Shown here one piece after another: positions 30,813 to 38,544 of a DNA stretch of 38,544 nucleotides. Position numbers and translations under genes: made by a program. The notes beneath the pieces are model-generated. The model was not told the origin of the DNA, searched no databases, and worked only from the letters and a program-made list of their open reading frames with translations. The DNA comes from Microbacteriaceae bacterium (GTDB lineage Bacteria; Actinomycetota; Actinomycetes; Actinomycetales; Microbacteriaceae): NCBI GenBank assembly GCA_012511645.1, contig JAAZFP010000308.1:1-38544 (forward strand), written 5' to 3'. Within the stretch, counting starts at the first letter, position 1. Each line of letters opens with the position of its first letter.

Positions 30813-31505
30813 ATGACAACCACCGTGTCACTTGCTGACCGTCTCGCGGCAATGCAGGCGTCCATCGCTGAAGCGGCGCACAGCGCAGGGCGGCAGGCCG
30901 ACGATCTGACCCTCATCGTTGTGACCAAGTTTCACCCAACGAGTCTTATCCGTGAATTGTCTGAGCTCGGTGTTCGCGACGTGGGTGAAAACCGACATCA
31001 GGAAGCGCAGGCCAAGGCTGAGGAGCTCTCCTCGCTTGATCTTCGCTGGCATTTCGTAGGGCAGCTCCAGACCAAGAAAGCTCGGCAAGCCGCGAGATAC
31101 GCTCACTCGATCCATTCCATCGATCGTGAGCGTCTTGTCGATGCGCTCGGCACCGCAGAACGCGTCACTCCGATTGAAGCATTTGTGCAGGTGAACCTCA
31201 CGGACGATCCAGGCCGGGGTGGCGCTGATCCTGCCGATCTAGAAACACTTGCTGAGGCGGTGCTTCGCGCACCGGCACTCACACTGCGAGGAGTGATGGC
31301 AGTTGCGCCTCTGCCCGAAGAAGAGCATCCGGCGCGCGCGTTCGAACGGCTGAAGCAGTACTCGGAGCGTCTGCAGCGACTCGATGCGCATGCCACTGCG
31401 ATATCTGCTGGCATGACGCACGACTTTCGAGAAGCAGTAGCTGCTGGCGCGACACACCTAAGAATTGGAAGCGCAATCACGGGAAACAGGCCTTACCCGG
31501 CGTAG
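30813..31505 (+). CDS. yggS: PLP homeostasis protein YggS
   Basis: VVTKF, GENR.QE, HFVGQLQT.K, SAGM..D and RIGSAI motifs. Confidence 0.94.
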   Translation: MTTTVSLADRLAAMQASIAEAAHSAGRQADDLTLIVVTKFHPTSLIRELSELGVRDVGENRHQEAQAKAEELSSLDLRWHFVGQLQTKKARQAARYAHSIHSIDRERLVDALGTAERVTPIEAFVQVNLTDDPGRGGADPADLETLAEAVLRAPALTLRGVMAVAPLPEEEHPARAFERLKQYSERLQRLDAHATAISAGMTHDFREAVAAGATHLRIGSAITGNRPYPA

Positions 31506-31556
31506 TCTCGAATGAGACGAAGCATCCCGTTGGTGATCTCGTGAGGAGAAGATGAC

Positions 31557-32033
31557 ATGGGTAATCCACTGAAGAAGACAATGGTGTTCTTGGGGCTCGC
31601 CGAAGAAGATCTGGACGACGCGGGAGCCCCGGTTGATACCGGCAGGGGAGAAGCTGAAGCAACTGCGGCTCCAGCTCAGCCTGTGCGGGCTCACGTCACT
31701 CCACTGCGCAAGGTTGCGCCGGTTCGCACCAGTTCTGCCTCGGCGATGAACGAGATCCTCACGATGCATCCCACGGAATACAGCGATGCAACGGTCGTTG
31801 CTCAGAGTTTCCGAGACGGCGTTCCGGTGATCCTGAATCTTTCTCGTATGAATGAGGCTGAAGCGAAGCGGCTTATTGACTTTGCATCAGGGCTGGTCAT
31901 GGGACTTCACGGCCGTATCGAGCGGGTTACGAGCAAGGTGTTTCTGCTTTCGCCGGAGCACGTCGCGGTGAGTAGTGACTCATCTGCGAAAACCGGCGAT
32001 TCAGAGTCGTTCTTCGTGAGCGCAACCGCATAG
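31557..32033 (+). CDS. sepF: Cell division protein SepF
   Basis: FRDGVPVILNL, AKRLIDFASGL and KVFLLSP motifs. Confidence 0.94.
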   Translation: MGNPLKKTMVFLGLAEEDLDDAGAPVDTGRGEAEATAAPAQPVRAHVTPLRKVAPVRTSSASAMNEILTMHPTEYSDATVVAQSFRDGVPVILNLSRMNEAEAKRLIDFASGLVMGLHGRIERVTSKVFLLSPEHVAVSSDSSAKTGDSESFFVSATA

Positions 32034-32324
32034 GTGTCGGCACTCACGCTTCTCCTGCTCATTCTGGGCTGGGTGGTTCGGCTCTACATGTACGTTCTCT
32101 GGGGCCGTTTCATTCTTGACTGGGTGCGAGTCTTTCAACCCAGATTTCGGCCAAAGGGTGTACTGCTGGTTCTTGCAGAGCTGGTGTATACGCTGACTGA
32201 CCCCCCGATACGGATGTTCCGTAAGATTTTGCCGCCCATTCGATTGGGGCAGGTTGCACTTGATCTTGGCTGGATGGTCACGATGTTCTGCTGTTTGATC
32301 TTGCTGATGTTTCTTCAGGTGTGA
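32034..32324 (+). CDS. yggT: YggT-family membrane protein
   Basis: R.ILDWV, YTLTDPPI..FR..LPP.RLG.VALDL motifs. Confidence 0.9.
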   Translation: MSALTLLLLILGWVVRLYMYVLWGRFILDWVRVFQPRFRPKGVLLVLAELVYTLTDPPIRMFRKILPPIRLGQVALDLGWMVTMFCCLILLMFLQV

Positions 32325-32399
32325 CCCGAAGAAGATTATTTGCTAGCGTTACTTGAGATAACCACCGACGTGGTGTGAAAGCGAAAGAGACAAAACACG

Positions 32400-33014
32400 A
32401 TGGCCCTGACTCCCGAAGATGTCTTGAATCAGAAGTTTACGATCACGAAGTTTCGTGATGGGTACGATCTCGATCAGGTTGATGAGTTTCTCGACACCAT
32501 TGTCGAAGAGCTTCGTGAGCGCGAACAGACCGAGGCTGAACTGCGTGAACAGCTTGAAGCGGCACACGCAGAAATTGCTTCGCTCAAGGACGGGGCCCCG
32601 GTCGACACGGCCCCCGCTTCAGAACGCACCATCGTGGTTGATGCTCCTCAGCCAGCAGCTCAGGTTGAGCCCGCGCCGAGCAACCACTCTGCTGACTCGG
32701 TGAAGTCAAGCGCAATGTTGCAGCTCGCACTTGAACTGCACGATAAGCACGTCGCCTAAGGCAAAGCGGAGCACGATCATCTCATTCAGGTTGCAGAGGA
32801 TGAAGCAACCCGACTGGTTTCAGAAGCAGAGTCTGAGCGTGCCGATGTGCTCAAGAAGCTCGAAGGCGAAAAGAGTGACCTGCGTGATGTCATTCGTGAA
32901 CTGCGCGAGTTTGAGGGCGAGTACCGCACGACCCTTCGTTCGTACATTCAGTCGCAGCTGCGCAATCTAGATGGTACGCCTGAGCCCCGTGGTGCTCCGG
33001 CTGGCCTCGACTAA
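32400..33014 (+). pseudogene. divIVA: DivIVA/Wag31 interrupted by an in-frame TAA at 32757-32759
   Basis: MALTPEDV...F...GYD.DQVDEFLD N-terminus. After the TAA the frame continues GKAEHD...LREFEGEYRTTLRSYIQSQLRNL, the conserved C-terminal coiled coil, to TAA 33012-33014. Likely a sequence error because the gene is normally essential. Confidence 0.88.
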
Positions 33015-33022
33015 TTCCCCGC

Positions 33023-33631
33023 GTGACCGACGAGAGCGCTCCTGCTCAGCAACAAAAGAAGCCGCAGCCGGTGCATCGTGGCCAGGCCATGGTGCTCCTT
33101 GGCCTTGCTGTGGTGGTGTATGCGGCTGATCAGCTGAGCAAGAACTGGGTTGTTGCAAACCTTCCCGAGGGCCGGGTTGTGCCGGTGCTCGGAGATTTCT
33201 TGCAGTGGTACTTTGTGCGAAATCCGGGAGCAGCCTTTTCCCTCGCAAGCGGCGCGACCTGGATATTCACACTGCTCGCAGCAGTCGTGGTCGGCGCGAT
33301 TATTTGGCAGGTACGACACCTCGGCTCACGATCTTGGGCAATCTTCTTTGCATTGCTGCTCGGCGGGGTGTTGGGTAATCTCACCGATCGCCTGACAAGG
33401 GATCCAGGTTTCCCTGTCGGCCACGTGATCGATTTCATCCTCACTCCCTGGATGTGGCTTGGGTTTAATCCGGCGATTTACAACATCGCAGATATGGCAA
33501 TCGTGGCGGCCATGGTGCTCTTTATCGTGATAACGGTGCTGGGCTTGCCCATCGATGGATCGCCGAGACACAAACAGGCTCCCGAGCTGACGCCCGCGAC
33601 TGCCGACGCTCACACCGAAGCGGGGGAGTAG
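33023..33631 (+). CDS. lspA: Lipoprotein signal peptidase II
   Basis: DQLSK, NPGAAFS, GNLTDR, VIDF and YNIAD motifs. Confidence 0.95.
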   Translation: MTDESAPAQQQKKPQPVHRGQAMVLLGLAVVVYAADQLSKNWVVANLPEGRVVPVLGDFLQWYFVRNPGAAFSLASGATWIFTLLAAVVVGAIIWQVRHLGSRSWAIFFALLLGGVLGNLTDRLTRDPGFPVGHVIDFILTPWMWLGFNPAIYNIADMAIVAAMVLFIVITVLGLPIDGSPRHKQAPELTPATADAHTEAGE

Positions 33632-33636
33632 ACCCC

Positions 33637-34554
33637 ATGGAGCAACGATCGTTGCCGGTGCCCGATGGGCTTGCGGGTCAGCGGGTTGACAGCGCCCTGG
33701 CCACTCTCTTCGGGTTTTCCCGCTCGTTTGCGGCTGAAATCGTGCAGTCGGGAGGGGTGACACTCGACGGCAGGGTGCTCGCGAAATCTGACCGGCTCCA
33801 CGCCGACGGATGGCTGGAAGTGAGCTGGGTTGAAAAGTCTGGGCCCGAGATTGTGCCTATCGACTTGCCAGAACTCACGATCGTGCATGACGATGACGAT
33901 CTTGTGGTGATTGATAAGCCACCCGGGGTGGCTGCTCATCCTTCGCTCGGTTGGGACGGGCCCACAGTGCTCGGTGCTCTTGCGGGGGCAGGGTTTCGTA
34001 TTGCCACCTCTGGCGCACCTGAGCGGCAGGGAATTGTCCAGCGACTCGACGTGGGCACGAGTGGACTGATGGTTGTTGCGAAGAGTGAGTCTGCGTACAG
34101 TGCCCTGAAGTGGGCATTTCGCAGGCGCGAAGTGAGCAAGATTTACCACACCGTCGTGCAGGGTCACCCGGATCCTCTTGCTGGCACGATCGATGGCCCG
34201 ATTGGTCGTCATCCTGGCAGCGAATGGAAATTTGCGGTGACCCGAGACGGGAAGCCATCGCTCACACACTACGTCACCCTCGAAGCATTCCCGTATGCCT
34301 CGCTGCTCGAGGTGGAGCTCGAGACCGGCCGAACGCATCAGATTCGGGTGCACATGGCCGCACAACGACATCCCTGCGTTGGTGACCCGATGTATGGCGC
34401 AGATCCGACTCTCAGTGCTCGAGTTGGGCTCGACCGACAGTGGTTGCATGCGATGCGGCTCGGCTTTGTGCACCCGGCTACTGGTGAGTTGGTCGAATAC
34501 GAAAGCGAGTATCCGAGCGACTTGGCTAACGCGCTTGAGATTCTGCGCTCCTAA
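33637..34554 (+). CDS. rluD: RluA/RluD-family pseudouridine synthase with S4 domain
   Basis: [28 protein letters not shown] and RQWLHA motifs. Confidence 0.92.
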   Translation: MEQRSLPVPDGLAGQRVDSALATLFGFSRSFAAEIVQSGGVTLDGRVLAKSDRLHADGWLEVSWVEKSGPEIVPIDLPELTIVHDDDDLVVIDKPPGVAAHPSLGWDGPTVLGALAGAGFRIATSGAPERQGIVQRLDVGTSGLMVVAKSESAYSALKWAFRRREVSKIYHTVVQGHPDPLAGTIDGPIGRHPGSEWKFAVTRDGKPSLTHYVTLEAFPYASLLEVELETGRTHQIRVHMAAQRHPCVGDPMYGADPTLSARVGLDRQWLHAMRLGFVHPATGELVEYESEYPSDLANALEILRS

Positions 34555-34641
34555 CCCACGCGAGAGTCCGTGAGTGTGTGACCACCGATGTCCCTCGGCT
34601 GGGAGGGTACCCTGATGTCTGAGTGTGGAGGAGGCGGCTAG

Positions 34642-37600
34642 GTGTCCGAGCAGGATGGGTTTGTGCATCTGCATGTGCATAGTGAGTACTCGATGCTTGA
34701 CGGAGCGGCTCGGGTAAAGCCGCTCATTGATGCTGCAGTGCAGCAGAAGATGCCGGCAATTGCCGTCACTGACCACGGCCAAACCTTCGGTGCCTTTGAC
34801 TTCTGGCAGACCGCTCGCGACGCCGGGATTAAGCCGATTATTGGCATCGAGGCTTATCTCACCCCGGGAACACACCGCGGGGATCGGAGCCGTGTGCGTT
34901 GGGGCGGCGGCGGTGGCGACGATGTGTCGGGCGGTGGCGCGTTCACGCATATGACGATGCTGTCTGAGACCACTGAGGGCATGCATAACCTGTTTCGACT
35001 CTCGAGTCTCGCTTCGATTGAGGGGTATTACTTCAAGCCCCGTATGGATCGTGAGTTGCTGCAGAAATACTCGAAGGGCATCATCGCAACAACTGGCTGC
35101 CCCTCAGGCGAAATCCACACTCGGCTTCGCCTCGGCCAGTACGCAGAAGCGCTCCAGGCTGCCGCGGATTTCCAGAGCATCTTTGGCAAAGAGAATTTCT
35201 TTTGCGAAATTATGGATCATGGCCTTGAGATCGAACGACGGGTGCAAACCGATCTCATGCGCATCGCAAAAGATCTTGAGATACCGCTCCTCGCCACCAA
35301 TGATTTGCACTACACCCACCAGCACGATGCGAAGGCTCATGAGGCGCTGCTGTGCGTGCAGTCGGGTTCACGGCTCGACGACCCAAACCGTTTTAAGTTT
35401 GATGGAGATGGCTACTATTTGAAGAGTGCCGCCGAAATGCGGCATCTCTTTCGCGAACTTCCTGAGGCGTGCGACAACACGTTACGCATCGCAGAGCGAT
35501 GCGAGAGCGAGTTCAACACTTCGGCGAACTACATGCCCAGATTTCCCGTGCCCGCGGGAGAAACGGAGGAGAGTTGGTTCGTCAAGGAAGTTGAACGAGG
35601 CCTTCATGCGCGCTACCCGAATGGCATTTCTGATGAGGTGCGTCGACAAGCTGAGTATGAAACCGGTGTCATCGTTCAGATGGGTTTTCCGGGATACTTC
35701 TTGGTCGTTGCTGACTTCATTAACTGGGCAAAGGATAATGGCATTCGAGTGGGCCCTGGGCGTGGCTCTGGTGCTGGCTCAATGGCCGCATACGCGATGC
35801 GAATCACGGACCTTGATCCGCTGCAGCACGGACTGATTTTTGAGCGGTTCTTGAACCCTGATCGCGTGTCAATGCCTGACTTCGACGTCGATTTTGACGA
35901 TCGTCGACGGGGCGAAGTGATTAAGTACGTCACGGATAAGTACGGTGACGAACGAGTGGCTCAAATTGTCACCTATGGGACGATCAAGTCCAAGCAGGCG
36001 CTCAAAGACGCCTCGAGGGTGCTGGGGTTCCCATTCGGCATGGGTGAGAAGCTCACGAAGGCCATGCCGCCGGCCGTGATGGCGAAAGATATTCCCCTCG
36101 CTGGAATCACGGATCCTGAGCATCCCAGGTATAAGGAAGCCGCTGAATTTCGCACTGTATTGCAGGAAGACCCCGACGCGAAGACGGTGTATGAAACCGC
36201 GCTTGGCCTCGAAGGGTTGAAGCGGCAATGGGGAGTACACGCAGCCGGGGTGATTATGTCGAGCGATCCGCTCATCGACATCATCCCAATCATGAAGCGT
36301 GAGCAAGATGGGCAAATCGTCACGCAGTTTGATTACCCGACGTGTGAGAATCTCGGACTCATCAAGATGGACTTCTTGGGGTTGCGAAACCTCACCATCA
36401 TCAGTGACGCGCTGGAGAACATTCGTCAGAACCAGGGCTTCGAGCTTGATCTCGAAGCCCTCGAACTCGACGATACCGCGTCGTATGAGTTGCTGGCGCG
36501 AGGGGACACGCTTGGGGTGTTTCAGCTTGATGGTGGGCCCATGCGTGGCCTGCTTCGCCTCATGAAGCCGGACAACTTTGAAGACATTTCTGCGGTGCTT
36601 GCCCTGTATCGACCTGGGCCAATGGGTGCCGACTCGCATACGAACTACGCGCTGCGCAAGAATGGTCTGCAGCCGATTACGCCGATTCATCCCGAGCTCG
36701 AAGAGCCACTGCGAGAGATCCTCGATACGACCTATGGCCTGATTATTTATCAGGAGCAGGTCATGTCGATTGCGCAGAAAGTTGCAGGGTTCAGCCTTGG
36801 TGAGGCAGATATTTTGCGCCGCGCGATGGGTAAGAAAAAGAAGGAAGAGCTCGACAAGCAGTATGCGGGCTTTTCTCAAGGCATGCAGGAACGGGGGTTC
36901 TCTGCCGCGGCGATTACCTCGCTCTGGGAGATTCTGCTTCCCTTCTCTGACTATGCATTCAACAAGGCGCACTCCGCGGCATATGGGTTGGTGAGCTATT
37001 GGACTGCATATCTCAAGGCGCACTATCCGGCTGAGTACATGGCTGCGCTCCTCACCAGTGTCGGAGACTCGAAGGACAAACTTGCGGTCTACCTGAACGA
37101 GTGCCGTCGCATGGGAATCAAAGTGATTCCGCCCGATGTGGGTGAGTCATTTGTGAACTTTGCTGCTGTCGGCACCGATATCCGATTCGGTCTTGGTGCG
37201 GTGCGAAATGTTGGTGCACACGTCGTTGAAGGAATCAAGGAGACCCGAGAAGCTGGGGGAAGTTTTCAATCGTTCCATGATTTTCTGAAGCGAGTGCCGC
37301 TCACTGTGCTGAACAAGCGCACCCTGAAGTCTCTCATTAAGGCGGGGGCCTTCGACTCCTTTGGGAACTCTCGGCGGGCCCTCGTTGAGATTCATGAGAA
37401 TGCGGTGGAGTCTGCCGTGAAGGAGAAGCGCGACGCAGAACACGGCAACTTTGGTTTCGACTTTGACAGCCTCTTTGAGGATGCTTGCGCGGGAGATCAC
37501 GCGGGTCTCGACACCCAGGTTCCCGAGCGACCCGCATGGAGGAGGAAGGACAAGCTCGCATTTGAACGGGAAATGCTTGGCCTGTATGTGTCCGATCACC

Positions 37601-38217
37601 CGCTGCGGGGCCTCGAAACGATGCTTGCGAAGGAGTCGTCTGCAGCGCTGGAGTACCTGACCAATCCAGACAACAGTGTTGACGGGGAAACGGTGGTGGT
37701 TGCGGGTCTCCTCTCCACGGTGCAGCACCGGACTGCCAAATCGGGCAATCTTTATGGCTCGGTCACAATCGAAGATTTCACCGGTGAGATCCAAGCGCTC
37801 TTCATGGGGAAGGGCTACCAGGAATTCGGGCACTTGCTGCAGGAAGACACGATTGTGGCGGTGCGTGGAAAGCTGAACTCCCGCGATGATGGAATTTCAA
37901 TGCACGCCTACTCGGTCAGGGTGTTGGAGAGTACCGCGAGGGACGAAGTGTCTGATCTTGCAATTACCATTTCTGAAACGCGTGCGACTCCCGAACTCAT
38001 GGAGCGGCTTCGTGATGTGCTTGAGCGGCACCCGGGCTCAGGTGAGGTGCGGTTGAACTTGCTCACTCCCACCGCTGCGCGGGTATTTGAACTGCCGATC
38101 ACCGTTAACGTCACCTCAGATCTCTTTGGTGAACTGAAAGGTCTACTGGGTCCACGTTGCCTGGTAGACGTCAGAGAGTGTAAGAGCGCCGCCAGTGCGC
38201 CTCGCCTCGAAGAGTAG
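34642..38217 (+). CDS. dnaE: DNA polymerase III alpha subunit
   Basis: PHP domain (HLHVHSEYS, TDHG), GRGSGAGS, PDFDVDF, KMDFLGL and FNKAHS motifs. No intein-sized insertion. Confidence 0.98.
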   Translation: MSEQDGFVHLHVHSEYSMLDGAARVKPLIDAAVQQKMPAIAVTDHGQTFGAFDFWQTARDAGIKPIIGIEAYLTPGTHRGDRSRVRWGGGGGDDVSGGGAFTHMTMLSETTEGMHNLFRLSSLASIEGYYFKPRMDRELLQKYSKGIIATTGCPSGEIHTRLRLGQYAEALQAAADFQSIFGKENFFCEIMDHGLEIERRVQTDLMRIAKDLEIPLLATNDLHYTHQHDAKAHEALLCVQSGSRLDDPNRFKFDGDGYYLKSAAEMRHLFRELPEACDNTLRIAERCESEFNTSANYMPRFPVPAGETEESWFVKEVERGLHARYPNGISDEVRRQAEYETGVIVQMGFPGYFLVVADFINWAKDNGIRVGPGRGSGAGSMAAYAMRITDLDPLQHGLIFERFLNPDRVSMPDFDVDFDDRRRGEVIKYVTDKYGDERVAQIVTYGTIKSKQALKDASRVLGFPFGMGEKLTKAMPPAVMAKDIPLAGITDPEHPRYKEAAEFRTVLQEDPDAKTVYETALGLEGLKRQWGVHAAGVIMSSDPLIDIIPIMKREQDGQIVTQFDYPTCENLGLIKMDFLGLRNLTIISDALENIRQNQGFELDLEALELDDTASYELLARGDTLGVFQLDGGPMRGLLRLMKPDNFEDISAVLALYRPGPMGADSHTNYALRKNGLQPITPIHPELEEPLREILDTTYGLIIYQEQVMSIAQKVAGFSLGEADILRRAMGKKKKEELDKQYAGFSQGMQERGFSAAAITSLWEILLPFSDYAFNKAHSAAYGLVSYWTAYLKAHYPAEYMAALLTSVGDSKDKLAVYLNECRRMGIKVIPPDVGESFVNFAAVGTDIRFGLGAVRNVGAHVVEGIKETREAGGSFQSFHDFLKRVPLTVLNKRTLKSLIKAGAFDSFGNSRRALVEIHENAVESAVKEKRDAEHGNFGFDFDSLFEDACAGDHAGLDTQVPERPAWRRKDKLAFEREMLGLYVSDHPLRGLETMLAKESSAALEYLTNPDNSVDGETVVVAGLLSTVQHRTAKSGNLYGSVTIEDFTGEIQALFMGKGYQEFGHLLQEDTIVAVRGKLNSRDDGISMHAYSVRVLESTARDEVSDLAITISETRATPELMERLRDVLERHPGSGEVRLNLLTPTAARVFELPITVNVTSDLFGELKGLLGPRCLVDVRECKSAASAPRLEE

Positions 38218-38226
38218 GCTTGGTGC

Positions 38227-38544
38227 ATGCGCGACGCTCAGCAAGAAATCATCGCAGCCCTTGGGGTGACGTCTGTTTGGGATGCGGCGAGTGAGACGAA
38301 ACGGCGAATTCAATTCTTAGTTGAATACGCGAAGCGAGTGCCTGGCTGCCGAGGCTTTGTGCTCGGTGTGTCAGGAGGGCAAGACTCGTCATTAGCGGCG
38401 AGAATCGCTCAACTCGCGGTGCAACAACTGCGCAGCGATGGGCATGAGGCCGAGTTCATTGCGGTTCGCCTGCCATACGGCACGCAGCTCGACGAAGATG
38501 ATGCGCAACTGGCCCTGCAGTTCATTCAAGCAGACCGTGTGACC
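38227..38544 (+). CDS. nadE: Ammonia-dependent NAD+ synthetase, N-terminal part (runs off window)
   Basis: My translation: [14 protein letters not shown]...[15 protein letters not shown]...[24 protein letters not shown]. Carries the SGGQDS PP-loop. Not listed in the ORF track. Confidence 0.93.
   Translation, partial: MRDAQQEIIAALGVTSVWDAASETKRRIQFLVEYAKRVPGCRGFVLGVSGGQDSSLAARIAQLAVQQLRSDGHEAEFIAVRLPYGTQLDEDDAQLALQFIQADRVT

Noticed and set aside
29519-30813. Absence of ftsA and pgeF around ftsZ
   Set aside because: ftsA is generally absent in actinobacteria (SepF is present), and pgeF is variably present.
13617-32759. Stop-codon reassignment (alternative genetic code) as the explanation for in-frame stops
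   Set aside because: The three interruptions use three different stops, and TAG, TAA and TGA all terminate normal genes here (pyc TAG, ftsZ TAA, mraZ TGA). Each interruption is one substitution away from the expected sense codon.
33610-37833. Antisense ORFs of 458, 384 and 228 aa over rluD/dnaE
   Set aside because: They lie opposite conserved genes, have atypical composition and show no domain signature.
34642-38217. Intein or split in dnaE
   Set aside because: Length (1191 aa) and motif continuity are ordinary, with no intein or endonuclease motifs.

Overview
High-GC actinobacterial chromosomal segment. Gene order and protein sequences point to Microbacteriaceae, possibly Leucobacter-like (inference). 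It carries core genes in conserved synteny: FHA protein-ftsR-MerR2, orphan parA, pyc, def, fadD, plsC, class II DAHP synthase, PASTA kinase (PknL-like), Rv2175c-like protein, polyprenyl synthase and DUF3040. The dcw cluster follows (mraZ-rsmH-ftsL-ftsI-murE-murF-mraY-murD*-ftsW-murG-murC-ftsQ-ftsZ-yggS-sepF-yggT-divIVA), then lspA-rluD-dnaE-nadE(partial). I see no mobile element, CRISPR, rRNA or tRNA. The main oddities are: (1) the dcw murD has lost essentially every catalytic motif and the whole C-terminal D-Glu-binding domain yet keeps its frame and coupling to mraY, so it may be a pseudoenzyme, and it sits near a MurE with a non-canonical specificity loop (DYHPR); (2) single in-frame stops interrupt wag31/divIVA (TAA), the polyprenyl synthase (TAG) and murD (TGA), alongside odd substitutions at conserved positions; (3) there is a readable regulatory layer, including MraZ repeats, an mraW-type RNA hairpin, FtsR-like and GACAC sites, and six apparent leaderless promoters. 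Family assignments come from motif recognition, not database searches.
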